DNA of 63,325 bases, filler included. It is 5 parts of 5 records of this genome, joined end to end, with 100 filler letters (N's around TTAATTAATTAA, not from the genome) between each part and the next. Parts side by side here need not be neighbours in the genome. Positions count along the whole stretch, not along the records: positions 14,710 to 34,925 come from SRR2962707_5176; 4 more parts are not named here. One strand, written 5' to 3'. Every line of letters starts with the position of its first letter. Position 1 is the stretch's first letter. The notes under the pieces were generated by a model. It searched no databases. It saw nothing but the letters and a program-made list of their open reading frames with translations, and had not been told where the DNA came from. The position numbers and the translations under genes were made by a program. Below are positions 22,209 through 31,677 of the stretch, piece after piece.

Positions 22209-22238
22209 TTAAGACGGCTCCACCTCAACGAAAGTTCC
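22209..22238 (-). promoter_or_regulatory. SigmaE/AlgU-type promoter
   Basis: GGAACTT-N16-GTCTTAA on the minus strand. Confidence 0.78.
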
Positions 22239-22269
22239 TGCCGGTTCCATCTTTTACAAATTTCATGAT

Positions 22270-22328
22270 GGGGATCACAGGCTGGCCCGAGGGCTCCCGC
22301 ACGAAGGCCACTGTGTCCCCCTTTTTTT
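22270..22328 (+). terminator. Long hairpin with T7 tail on the plus strand
   Basis: GGGGA-T-CACAG...CTGTG-TCCCC with inner TGGCC/GGCCA stem, followed by CTTTTTTT. Confidence 0.55.
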
Positions 22329-22390
22329 GGAAACGTAAATTCGGAGGCCGCTACGGCGCCGCTGTGGGAGCAATACCTTAGAGGGCCCGC

Positions 22391-22723
22391 CTACTGCTTC
22401 CAGGGCTTGCCGCGGGTGTCCTCGCGGTACTTGAGCTCCCTGTGCATGGCCGCCTTGGCCAGCATGTGCGCCGACACCGGCGCCGAAATAAACAGAAACA
22501 GAGTGATCAGAATCTCGTGGAGATGCAGGGCATGCTCGGTCCAGGAGAAGTACACCAGCGACGCCATGATGGTACCGCCCACGCCCAGCGTGGTGGCCTT
22601 GGTCGGGCCATGCAGGCGCAGGAAGAAATCCGGCAACCGTACCAGCCCCAGAGAGCCGATCAGCGCGAACACCCCGCCAATCAGCAGGAAAATCGCGGTG
22701 ATGTATTCGATTACGATGTCCAT
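22391..22723 (-). CDS. phaG: Multisubunit cation/H+ antiporter subunit G
   Basis: RLPDFFLRLHGPTKATTLG; last gene of the operon. Confidence 0.92.
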   Translation of the reverse strand: MDIVIEYITAIFLLIGGVFALIGSLGLVRLPDFFLRLHGPTKATTLGVGGTIMASLVYFSWTEHALHLHEILITLFLFISAPVSAHMLAKAAMHRELKYREDTRGKPWKQ

Positions 22724-22740
22724 TCAAGCTCCTTCGCGGC

Positions 22741-23010
22741 TTATTCGATGATGTCGCCGCGGGTCATGTACTTGGCCACGGCCACGGTGCTGACAAACCC
22801 GATCAGGGCAATCAGCATGGCCGCCTCGAAATACAACTTGCTGCCACTGGACAAACCGTAGAGCACGATCAGTGCAATGCTGTTCACATACATGGTGTCC
22901 AGCGCCAGCACCCGATCCGGCAGGCTCGGCCCTCGCAGCAGACGGTAGAGATTCAACAACTGGGCCACCACGAACAGTCCGAACGCAATGGCGATGGCCG
23001 TTTCTAACAT
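22741..23010 (-). CDS. phaF: Multisubunit cation/H+ antiporter subunit F
   Basis: GPSLPDRVLALDT; three TM segments. Confidence 0.92.
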   Translation of the reverse strand: MLETAIAIAFGLFVVAQLLNLYRLLRGPSLPDRVLALDTMYVNSIALIVLYGLSSGSKLYFEAAMLIALIGFVSTVAVAKYMTRGDIIE

Positions 23011-23492
23011 TCGAAGATCTCCTTGAGACGCCGCTCGTAGCGCTGCTTGATCTGATCAACCAGCACCGCTTCGTCTTCCACGTGCAAGGCATGCACCAGC
23101 ATACGGCTGGCGTCCGCGCTGATATCCGCGCTTACCGTCCCCGGCGTCAACGACACCGTGCTGGTAAGCAGGGTGATGGCGAAGTCGTCCTTGATATCCA
23201 GCGGCACCTCGACGAACGCCGGGCGCAATTTCTTCGGCGACCCCAGAATGCGCCGGGCCACCGACAGATTGGCGACGATGATGTCCCAGTGCACCATCAA
23301 CACGAACAGCACCAGTTTGTGAAAATTGCGCAGCCTCGGCACATTGGGCCAGAACGGCAGGGTACCCAGCGGCAGCACCGTCGCCAGCACCATGCCGAGC
23401 ACCAGGTGGCCGGCGCTGAAGCCGCTGAGCAATAACCACATCAGCAGCAGAAACACACTCAGAGTCGGGAACGGATAGAGCTTGCGGATCAT
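23004..23492 (-). CDS. phaE: Multisubunit cation/H+ antiporter subunit E
   Basis: SLTPGT, VHALH and YERRLKEIF; ATG overlaps the phaD stop. Confidence 0.92.
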   Translation of the reverse strand: MIRKLYPFPTLSVFLLLMWLLLSGFSAGHLVLGMVLATVLPLGTLPFWPNVPRLRNFHKLVLFVLMVHWDIIVANLSVARRILGSPKKLRPAFVEVPLDIKDDFAITLLTSTVSLTPGTVSADISADASRMLVHALHVEDEAVLVDQIKQRYERRLKEIFEC

Positions 23493-24979
23493 TGCGCACC
23501 TCCCGGATAGCCCAGGACCGCGTGGATATACAGATCCGGCTGCGCCCACTGGGCAGCAACCGACTGCGTGATCGCCGACAACGGCCCGCCCAACAACACC
23601 ATGGCCGGCGCCATGGCCAGCAGCAGCACCGCCGCCGCCAGCCGCCCCTTGTTGAGCACCGTGCCCGCCATCGGCTCTCCGGCCCGCCAGAACAGCGTGG
23701 AGCCGGCGCGGCTGAGGCCGACCACCGCCAGCAGGCCGCCCGCCAACAGCAGTGCCCAGTACGCGGGCGCGGGCACCGCCCGCAACAGCATCACCTTGCC
23801 AAGGAAACCGGACAAAGGCGGCAGCCCCGCCACCGCCACGGCACCAATGAAGAACAACGCGCCCAGCAGGCCTGCCGCGGGTGGACGCGGCCCCGCCATC
23901 AGGGTATCGCCAGCATCTCCCCGCCCCCGTGACACCAGATCGGCGAGCAGGAACAGGCCGGCGCATATCAAGGTAGAGTGGAGCAGATAGAACAGCGCGC
24001 CACTAATCGCCTCTTCCGTGCCCCAGGCCAACGCCGCCACCAGCGTCCCCACCGACATCACCACCAGGTAGGCCACCAGTTCCCCCAGTCGCCGGGCACC
24101 AAACACCCCCACCGTGGCCAGCCCCAGGGTCAACAGGGACACCGTCCACAGGGCCATGTCACCCAGGCCGGCCAGGGCGCCGTCACTGAATGCCAGACCA
24201 TGCACTCTCAGCAGCGCATAGATGCCCACCTTGGTCATCACCGCGAACAACGCGGCGACGCCAGCGGTAGCGCTGGCGTATGTGGCCGGCAGCCAGAAGT
24301 ACAGCGGGAACAGCGCCGCCTTCAGACCAAACACCACGCACAGCAACAAACCCGCCACTTTCACCAGGGTCAGCGCCGGCCCCTCCAGCTCGGCGGCCCG
24401 CGCGGCGAAATCCGCCATGTTCAGGGTACCGGTGGCACCGTAGATCAGTGACAGCGCCAGCAAGAACACCGCGGAACCGATCAGGTTGAGCACCACATAG
24501 TGCAACCCGGCGCGCACCCGTGCCGGCCCGCGCCCATGCAGCGCCAACCCATAGGAGGCAATCAGCAGGACCTCGAAAAATACAAACAGATTGAACAAAT
24601 CGCCGGTAAGAAAGGCCCCGTTGATACCCATCAACTGCATCTGGAACAGCGAATGGAAGTTGGGGCCCAGGCGATCGTCGCCATGGCTGGCGTAGAGCAG
24701 CGCCGGCACCGCCAGCACCGAGGTCAGCAGCACCATCAGCGCACTGAGCTGATCCAGCACCAGCACGATGCCGAACGGCGCCGGCCAATCCCCCAGCGAA
24801 TACACCTGAATGTCGCCGGTGGCGGCCTGCCGGAACAGCAGGATACTCACCGGCACCAGCGCCAGCGTCGCGGTCAGCCCGGTCACCCGGCGCAACCAAT
24901 GGCGCTCACGAACCTCGAGCAGCAACATCATTGCCGCCAGCGCGGGAATCAGAATCGGAGCCATGATCCAGTTCGACAT
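23489..24979 (-). CDS. phaD: Multisubunit cation/H+ antiporter subunit D
   Basis: WPAPFGI, TGDLFNLFVFFE and FWLP..Y. Confidence 0.94.
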   Translation of the reverse strand: MSNWIMAPILIPALAAMMLLLEVRERHWLRRVTGLTATLALVPVSILLFRQAATGDIQVYSLGDWPAPFGIVLVLDQLSALMVLLTSVLAVPALLYASHGDDRLGPNFHSLFQMQLMGINGAFLTGDLFNLFVFFEVLLIASYGLALHGRGPARVRAGLHYVVLNLIGSAVFLLALSLIYGATGTLNMADFAARAAELEGPALTLVKVAGLLLCVVFGLKAALFPLYFWLPATYASATAGVAALFAVMTKVGIYALLRVHGLAFSDGALAGLGDMALWTVSLLTLGLATVGVFGARRLGELVAYLVVMSVGTLVAALAWGTEEAISGALFYLLHSTLICAGLFLLADLVSRGRGDAGDTLMAGPRPPAAGLLGALFFIGAVAVAGLPPLSGFLGKVMLLRAVPAPAYWALLLAGGLLAVVGLSRAGSTLFWRAGEPMAGTVLNKGRLAAAVLLLAMAPAMVLLGGPLSAITQSVAAQWAQPDLYIHAVLGYPGGAQ

Positions 24980-25338
24980 CAGCGGCTCCCCTTATTCTGT
25001 TGCTCGCCGTACAGCTCATCGCGCTGTCCGTCGACGTGATCCGAGCCCAACTCCCCCTGCGCACGCAGCGCCAGCACCACCAGAAAGGCGGTCATGGCGA
25101 AACCGATGACAATGGCGGTCAACACCAGGGCCTGGGGCAAGGGGTCGGTGGGATCGGCGCTCTGCCCCACTACCGCCACCTGGTCCAGCTTGAGCCGCCC
25201 GGAAATGAACACAAACAGATTGGCGCCGTAGCTGAGCAGGGTCAGCCCCAGAATCACCGGGAAAGTTCTCGCCCGCAGCACCAGATAAACACCGCTGCCC
25301 ACCAGGACGGCAATGATGATCGCGACCAACGCTTCCAT
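24979..25338 (-). CDS. phaC: Multisubunit cation/H+ antiporter subunit C
   Basis: DPLPQALVLTAIVIGFA. Confidence 0.94.
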   Translation of the reverse strand: MEALVAIIIAVLVGSGVYLVLRARTFPVILGLTLLSYGANLFVFISGRLKLDQVAVVGQSADPTDPLPQALVLTAIVIGFAMTAFLVVLALRAQGELGSDHVDGQRDELYGEQQNKGSR

Positions 25339-28136
25339 CAGCGAACCCCTCCCTTGTCGTCCAGCAAGGACAATTTGCCCAGGTTGGCGAGAATCAGCAG
25401 CGTGGCGCCAACCACGGTCAGGAACACCCCGGTATCAAACAACATGGCGGTGGCCACCTCGAACTCGCCCACCACCGGCCAATGCACATGCCAGAAGGCG
25501 CTGGTCAGGAACGGGTGACCAAAGTACCAGGCGCCGACGCCGGTGAACCCGGCCAGCAGCACGCCCAGGGCGACCACCGGATGATAATCACCGGGAATGC
25601 GGCGGTGCATCCACGCCACCCCGGACGCCACGTACTGCAGCACCAGCGCCACCGAGGTAATCAGACCGGCGATGAAACCACCGCCGGGCAGATTGTGCCC
25701 GCGCAGGAAGATGTACACCGAGATCATCAAGGCCAGAGGCAGCAGCGGCCGCGAAATGGTGACCAGAATGAGCGGGTGGGCATCCTTGGCCCAGGGCCGC
25801 CCGAGTGAATCAGTCCGCGGCGAGTACAGCTCCAGATCCTTGAGCAGGGCATAAATGCCCATGCCGGCGATGCCCAGCACGATGATCTCGCCGAAGGTAT
25901 CGAAACCACGGAAATCCACCAGAATGACATTGACCACATTGGTGCCACCGCCGCCGGGTTTGGCGTTTTCCAGGAAGAACGGGCTGATCGAATCGACCCC
26001 GGAAGTCATCATCATGAAGGCGAGAATGCCGACACCGCCGCCCACCAACACCGACAGCACCACATCCCGGCCGATACGCGGCATGGAGGATTCACGGCGG
26101 GTGCGCACCGGCAGGAAGTACATCGCCAGCATCAGCAGCAGGATGGTGACCACTTCCACCGACAACTGAGTCAGTGCCAGGTCCGGCGCGGAGAAGCGCA
26201 CGAACATCAGCGACACCACCAGCCCCACCACGCTCAGGCACATGATCGCGGTCATCCTGTGGCGATGCAGCGCGGTGGTGAGAATCGCGGCGACGATCAA
26301 CATGCCACCGCACAGCAATGCCACGCCATCCAGCGGCAGCATCTCGCGGCCGCCGCCAGCCAGCAGTTCCCGCGTCACCGACGTCACCAGCACCAGCGCC
26401 ACCACCATCAACAACCAGGCGGTATAGCTCTGCAGGGAACCGTTACGCAGGGTGCTGCTGATGGTGGCCGCCCACCTGGCCAGGGATTGCATGCGGGCTT
26501 CGAACACCAGTTTGGCGTCGAGATTGGGCAGACGGTCATTCAGCGCGAACAACCGAAGACGCTGACTGTACACCAGCACGCCGCCCACCAGGGCCACGAT
26601 GCTCATCATCAGCGGCACATTGAAGCCGTGCCAGATGGACAGATGATACTCCGGCAGGGTGCCGCCGAGGGTGGCACGGGCGGCCACCTCCAGCAGCGCC
26701 GCCACCGTCAACGAGGGGAAGATACCCACCGCCAGACACAAGGCCACCAGCACTTCCACTGGCACCTTCATATAGCGTGGCGGCTCATGGGGCGGATATT
26801 TGGGCAGGTCGATGGGTTCGCCGTTGAAAAACACGTCATGAATGAAGCGAGCGGAATAGGCCACCGAGAACACCCCGCCAAGCACCGCGCCCAGCGGCAG
26901 AATCCAGCTCAGGCTCCCCAGCTGGCCGGAATCCAGGGTCTCGGCGAAGAACATCTCCTTGGACAAGAAGCCGTTCAACAGCGGCACCCCGGCCATGGCC
27001 GCCGACGCCACCATCGCCAGTACCGCCGTGTACGGCATGTATTTCCACAGGCCGTTGATACGCCGCATGTCGCGCGTGCCGGTCTCGTGATCGATGATCC
27101 CCGCCGCCATGAACAACGAGGCCTTGAAGGTGGCGTGGTTGATAATGTGGAACACCCCCGCCACCGCCGCCAGCTGGGCGTTGAGGCCGAACAGCATGGT
27201 GATCAAACCCAGATGGCTGATGGTGGAATAGGCCAGCAGCCCCTTGAGATCATGCTGGAACAGCGCCCAGATGGCCCCCCACAGCAACGTGGCCAGACCC
27301 GCACCGGTGACCAGGAAGAACCAAAGGTCGGTGCCGGACAGCGCCGGGTACAAACGCGCCAGCAGGAACACCCCGGCTTTCACCATGGTGGCCGAGTGCA
27401 GGTAGGCACTGACCGGGGTCGGCGCCGACATGGCGTGAGGCAGCCAGAAATGGAACGGGAATTGGGCGCTCTTGGTGAACACGCCCAACAGCACCAGACA
27501 CAGAATCAGCGGGTAAAGCGAGTGGCCGCGGATCAGATCACCGCTGGCCAGCACATCATCCAGGGAATAGGACCCCACCACCTGACCAATCACAATGGCG
27601 CCGGCGAGCAGGGCCAGCCCGCCCATACCGGTGACCGCCAACGCCATGCGCGCGCCTTTACGGGCATCGGTCTGGTGATACCAGAATCCAATCAGCAGGA
27701 AGGAGCTGAGGCTGGTCAGTTCCCAGAACACCACCAGCAGCAGCAGGTTGTTGCTGGTCACCACTCCCATCATGGCGCCCATGAACAACAGCAGGAAGGC
27801 ATAGAAACGCCCCGCCTTTTCGTTGGCGGAAAGATAGTAACGGGCGTAGAGAATGATCAACAGGCCGATGCCCAGTACCAGCAACGAAAACAACAGCGCC
27901 AGGCCATCCAGACGAAACGCCAGATTCAGGCCGAGATCCGGCATCCAGGGTACGAACTGACGTACTGTCTCACCGGAGAACACCCGGCGGCCGTGGAACC
28001 ACAAGACCCCCAGCGCCAGCAGAGGCAGTACCGCCGCCGTCCAGGACAACGCCGGACGCGAAAACCGCCATCGTTCAGCCAACGGTGGCAGCACCGCCCC
28101 AAGAAAGGGCAGCAAAACCAGAAACCCAAGATTCAT
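25338..28136 (-). CDS. phaA: Multisubunit cation/H+ antiporter fused subunit A/B (group 2 Mrp)
   Basis: KSAQFPFHFWLP, HSATMVKAG, DFRGFDT and C-terminal MrpB-like GHNLPGGGF. Confidence 0.95.
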   Translation of the reverse strand: MNLGFLVLLPFLGAVLPPLAERWRFSRPALSWTAAVLPLLALGVLWFHGRRVFSGETVRQFVPWMPDLGLNLAFRLDGLALLFSLLVLGIGLLIILYARYYLSANEKAGRFYAFLLLFMGAMMGVVTSNNLLLLVVFWELTSLSSFLLIGFWYHQTDARKGARMALAVTGMGGLALLAGAIVIGQVVGSYSLDDVLASGDLIRGHSLYPLILCLVLLGVFTKSAQFPFHFWLPHAMSAPTPVSAYLHSATMVKAGVFLLARLYPALSGTDLWFFLVTGAGLATLLWGAIWALFQHDLKGLLAYSTISHLGLITMLFGLNAQLAAVAGVFHIINHATFKASLFMAAGIIDHETGTRDMRRINGLWKYMPYTAVLAMVASAAMAGVPLLNGFLSKEMFFAETLDSGQLGSLSWILPLGAVLGGVFSVAYSARFIHDVFFNGEPIDLPKYPPHEPPRYMKVPVEVLVALCLAVGIFPSLTVAALLEVAARATLGGTLPEYHLSIWHGFNVPLMMSIVALVGGVLVYSQRLRLFALNDRLPNLDAKLVFEARMQSLARWAATISSTLRNGSLQSYTAWLLMVVALVLVTSVTRELLAGGGREMLPLDGVALLCGGMLIVAAILTTALHRHRMTAIMCLSVVGLVVSLMFVRFSAPDLALTQLSVEVVTILLLMLAMYFLPVRTRRESSMPRIGRDVVLSVLVGGGVGILAFMMMTSGVDSISPFFLENAKPGGGGTNVVNVILVDFRGFDTFGEIIVLGIAGMGIYALLKDLELYSPRTDSLGRPWAKDAHPLILVTISRPLLPLALMISVYIFLRGHNLPGGGFIAGLITSVALVLQYVASGVAWMHRRIPGDYHPVVALGVLLAGFTGVGAWYFGHPFLTSAFWHVHWPVVGEFEVATAMLFDTGVFLTVVGATLLILANLGKLSLLDDKGGVR

Positions 28137-28521
28137 AGACTATCCGTCGATTTGTCGTTTCGGGCGTGGAACACCCAAGAGTACGGGAGAACCGTCTATA
28201 ACGGGAGATTAAGCGAAAACGACCGGCGGATCGGGAAAATAGGGGCGGCGGCCGCGGCGGGGACAATCCACCGGGCTGTGGGTATGAGCGGAATCAGGCA
28301 GACAGCAGTTCATCGCTTCAATCATGACTCAGTGAATCCGCAGTATGCCATGAAATCATCACTTGAAAATACGGGACCGGTAGCGGCCATTGTCGCCATC
28401 GCCATATCTCGTACTACACTATCGGTTCGGTGGCGCCGTTGCTGACCACCGAATCACCGGCGACCGATTCATGGGCTGACGCCGGGCCCCGTTTGTAGCT
28501 GTTTGAAGCAAGGAGAATCAC

Positions 28522-28767
28522 ATGCACCGCATTCTGTTCGTTACGGCCGCCGCCGCCCTGTTCGCCACCGGTTGCGCCAGCACTCCCTCCGCGAATCTGC
28601 CGGAGGGCGCCACCGCCTGTCCGGATCCGCGTCCCACCGTTTGCACCATGGATTACAATCCGGTGAACGGTTTCAACGCCGCGGGCGAGGACCAGGGTGA
28701 ATTCGGCAACGCTTGCGGCGCCTGTGGTCAGGACGACATCAGCTACACCATTCCGGTAAGACGGTGA
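28522..28767 (+). CDS. Small lipoprotein with a Kazal-like protease-inhibitor domain
   Basis: AGGAG RBS, lipobox FATGC and C-x7-CTMDYNPVxG...GNACxAC pattern. Confidence 0.7.
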   Translation: MHRILFVTAAAALFATGCASTPSANLPEGATACPDPRPTVCTMDYNPVNGFNAAGEDQGEFGNACGACGQDDISYTIPVRR

Positions 28768-28813
28768 TCCTACTGCTCGATACATCACTGTAACCCTGGA
28801 ACGGACGCTCACC

Positions 28814-30172
28814 TTGCCCTACTCCCCTTTGCGCCTGCTGCTGGACTTCGATGATCAATACCAGCGGGATCAGCGCCAGAGCCCGGATTTTCTCCATCGC
28901 CGGGACCGACAACTGGCGCTGCAGGCGCAACAGCGGGACGGCTCCACGCCACTCCCCGAGGATTGGTTACGCACCCTGGGCGCCGACCGCGTCGGCGGCG
29001 GCCACGATCCCCGTCTGCGCACCTGGCGGCGAGCCCGTGTACTGTTCGTTCTCGGCGGCGCGGTACTCGGCGTGCTCACCATGCTCGGGCTGCTTTATTA
29101 CGATGGCAGCCAGCGCATCAACGTCACCCTGCTGCTCGGCTTCGCGGCCCTGCAACTGACTCTGGCGGTCCTGACCACGGTGCAGGCGGGAATCGGCTGG
29201 CGCCCCTGGGGGCGGCTGTTGGACCGGGCCGGCGCCACGCCTTCCGCCCTGCATGATCTGCAACCGCCGCTGGCGGCCCGGGTCGCGCACAGCGGCGGGC
29301 TCGCGTTCGCGATCGCCGCGCTGCTGACGCTGCTGGTGCAGGTGGTGGTGCGTGACCTGGCGTTCGGCTGGAGCACCACCTTGCAAACCTCCGCCCCGGC
29401 CTACCACGAACTCACCCACGCCCTGGCCTGGCCATGGCGGCAATGGCTGCCGCCGGCGGTGCCGTCGCTGGAACTGGTGGAGCAATCCCGGTTCTTCCGT
29501 ATCAGCGATCAAACGCCCGCTGATCCGGCCCGGCTCGGCGCCTGGTGGGCATTCCTGGCCATGGTCTGGCTGGTCTATGTGGTGCTGCCCCGCCTGGTGT
29601 TCCTGGCCTTGAGCCGTGCCCAGTTACGTTGGCGTGCAAAGCGGCTGTTGGCCCGGCATCCCGGTATGGCGGCCCTGCGTCAACGCTTTGAACAGCCGTG
29701 GCTGGATACCGGCGCCGGCAATGCCACCCCGGCGCCGGAACTGGATCAGGGCAAGGCGGCCGATGGCGTGCTGCCGGAAAGTGGCACGGTAATCCACTGG
29801 GCTGGCGCTGGCCTCGCCGATGACGGACTGTTCAGTGCGCTCGCCGGTGGGGAGCGTGCCCCATTGCGGCTGGCAGCAGGCGGCAGCGCCAGCCTGGAGC
29901 ATGATCGGGCGGTGCTGGAACAGGCCGGCCAGAGGCGCGAACCGGTACTGATCCTGGCCCAGGGCTGGGAACCGCCCACCGGCGAGCTGGCGGACTTTCT
30001 CGACGACGCCCGCCAACAATGGGGCGAGGACACCGTGATCGCCCTGGTTCCCCTGGCCGCCGATCCGGGCGGTGCTTTATCCGATGCCACCCTGGCCCAA
30101 TGGCGCCGGTTCGTGGACCGGCGGCAACATCCCCATCTGCGTCTGTGCCGCGCCCCGGAGGTGTCCTCATGA
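28814..30172 (+). CDS. DUF2868-like membrane protein
   Basis: Several TM helices, DLAFGWSTTL, WWAFLAM..LVY..LPR and GWEPP..EL.DFL. Confidence 0.75.
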   Translation: MPYSPLRLLLDFDDQYQRDQRQSPDFLHRRDRQLALQAQQRDGSTPLPEDWLRTLGADRVGGGHDPRLRTWRRARVLFVLGGAVLGVLTMLGLLYYDGSQRINVTLLLGFAALQLTLAVLTTVQAGIGWRPWGRLLDRAGATPSALHDLQPPLAARVAHSGGLAFAIAALLTLLVQVVVRDLAFGWSTTLQTSAPAYHELTHALAWPWRQWLPPAVPSLELVEQSRFFRISDQTPADPARLGAWWAFLAMVWLVYVVLPRLVFLALSRAQLRWRAKRLLARHPGMAALRQRFEQPWLDTGAGNATPAPELDQGKAADGVLPESGTVIHWAGAGLADDGLFSALAGGERAPLRLAAGGSASLEHDRAVLEQAGQRREPVLILAQGWEPPTGELADFLDDARQQWGEDTVIALVPLAADPGGALSDATLAQWRRFVDRRQHPHLRLCRAPEVSS

Positions 30173-31569
30173 CCACCGCTCCCCGCTTCGCCGTGGTCGG
30201 CCATCCCAACAAGGGCAAGTCGAGTATCGTCGCCACTCTTTCGCAGAACGACGCCGTCGCCATCGCCCTGGAGCCGGGCACCACCCGTGACAGCGAGCGC
30301 TACCCGCTGAGTGTGGACGGCCATCTGCTCTACGAGCTGATCGACACCCCCGGGTTCCAGCGCCCGCGCCGGGTGCTGGCCTGGTTGCAGGCGCACAGCC
30401 ATTCCGCCTCGGACCGGCCCGACACGGTACGCGCCTTCGTCAATCAGCACCGCGACGATCCGCGCTTTCACGATGAGTGCGAACTGCTGACGCCGATTCT
30501 CGACGGTGCCGGCATCATCTATGTGGTGGACGGTTCGGTGCCCTATCATCAGGAGCACGAGGCGGAAATGGAAATTCTGCGCTGGACCGGCCAACCCAGT
30601 CTGGCGTTGATCAACCGCATCGGCGAAGACGATCACGGCGAACAATGGCGCACCGCCCTGGGGCAGTACTTCCGCATCGTCCGCGACTTCAACGCGGTCA
30701 CCGCGCCGTTCGAAACCCATCTGAGTCTGTTGCGCAGTTTCGGACAGCTGGCGCCACAGTGGGAAACCGCTCTGGAGCAGGCCGTCGAACATCTCCGGGA
30801 GCAGCGCCGGCACCGCCAGAAGCGGGCCTGGGCGCTGATCGCCGATGCCCTCAGCGATATGCTCGGCCATGCCGAAAGCGCCCGCCTCGGCGAAGACGCC
30901 AGCCGTTCCGCCCTGGAGGTCCGGTTGCGGCAAAGCTGGCAGGACTGGCAACGCAAACGGGAGCTACGGCTGCGGCGTGAAGTGGAGCAGCTTTATCAGC
31001 ACCACCACCTGCAACGACAGGAACAGCACCTGGAATGGGAACCCGGGCATGACCTGTTCAGCGAACGGGAACGCCGGGCCTGGGGCGTCAGCCGGGCCTA
31101 TCTGGCCACCGCCGGTTTCGGCGCCGGCGCTCTGGGTGGCGCCGGCGTGGACGCCCTTACCGCCGGCCATACGCTGGGCGCCGGCGCGTTGATCGGCGGC
31201 GTGCTCGGCGCCGCCGGCAGTCTCTTTTATTCCAGCAAACTGGATCGTCTGAATCTGGGCCCGCTGTCCTCCGGCGGCCGCGAGGCGCGCTTCGGCCCGC
31301 TGCGCGACCCGCAATTCGGCTATGTGGTACTCGGCCGCGCCCTGCAACACTGGTATCAGATCACCGATCGCAATCACGCCGGCCGCGACCCGCTGACCCT
31401 GGACAATGCCGACAGCCACTGGCTCGATGCCCTGCCCCGCAGCCAGCGCCACGCACTACAGAAAGCCTTGCAGCAAAGCACTCGTCAGCAGGACGAGAAA
31501 CGCCGCCAAGCTCTACGCGAAGCGGTGGCTCGGGCGGGGGAAGCGTTTCTGGAGTGGCGGCGGAAGTGA
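30169..31569 (+). CDS. GTPase with DUF3482-like C-terminal domain
   Basis: G1 GHPNKGKS, G2 GTT, G3 DTPG, G4-like INRI; Gly-rich hydrophobic hairpin; ATGA overlap with the upstream gene. Confidence 0.82.
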   Translation: MTTAPRFAVVGHPNKGKSSIVATLSQNDAVAIALEPGTTRDSERYPLSVDGHLLYELIDTPGFQRPRRVLAWLQAHSHSASDRPDTVRAFVNQHRDDPRFHDECELLTPILDGAGIIYVVDGSVPYHQEHEAEMEILRWTGQPSLALINRIGEDDHGEQWRTALGQYFRIVRDFNAVTAPFETHLSLLRSFGQLAPQWETALEQAVEHLREQRRHRQKRAWALIADALSDMLGHAESARLGEDASRSALEVRLRQSWQDWQRKRELRLRREVEQLYQHHHLQRQEQHLEWEPGHDLFSERERRAWGVSRAYLATAGFGAGALGGAGVDALTAGHTLGAGALIGGVLGAAGSLFYSSKLDRLNLGPLSSGGREARFGPLRDPQFGYVVLGRALQHWYQITDRNHAGRDPLTLDNADSHWLDALPRSQRHALQKALQQSTRQQDEKRRQALREAVARAGEAFLEWRRK

Positions 31570-31607
31570 CGTGGCAGGTTGAGCCTGACTATTGCTACAA
31601 AGTGGCT

Positions 31608-31632
31608 GTAGGAGCCTGCCCTGCAGGCGAAT
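31608..31632 (+). repeat. Single GTAG-type REP element
   Basis: GTAGGA-GCCTGC-CCT-GCAGGC-GAAT between convergent genes. Confidence 0.6.
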
Positions 31633-31677
31633 TTTTGGGCGCGGCCCCCATTCGTCAGCACACGAAGAACCGCCCCG

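Noticed and set aside
21591-22212. Short ORFs called in the yihA-phaG gap
   Set aside because: No RBS or domain support and Pro/Arg/Gly-rich; the region is better explained by promoters and RNA structures.
28137-28325. Na+/Li+ riboswitch or leader peptide (28313-28209, MNCCLPDS...) upstream of the pha operon
   Set aside because: Only a small hairpin is present; I see no clear nhaA-type motif and the uORF lacks an RBS. An Infernal search would settle it.
26259-28445. 728-aa plus-strand ORF rich in Gln and His
   Set aside because: Antisense shadow of the hydrophobic phaA gene.
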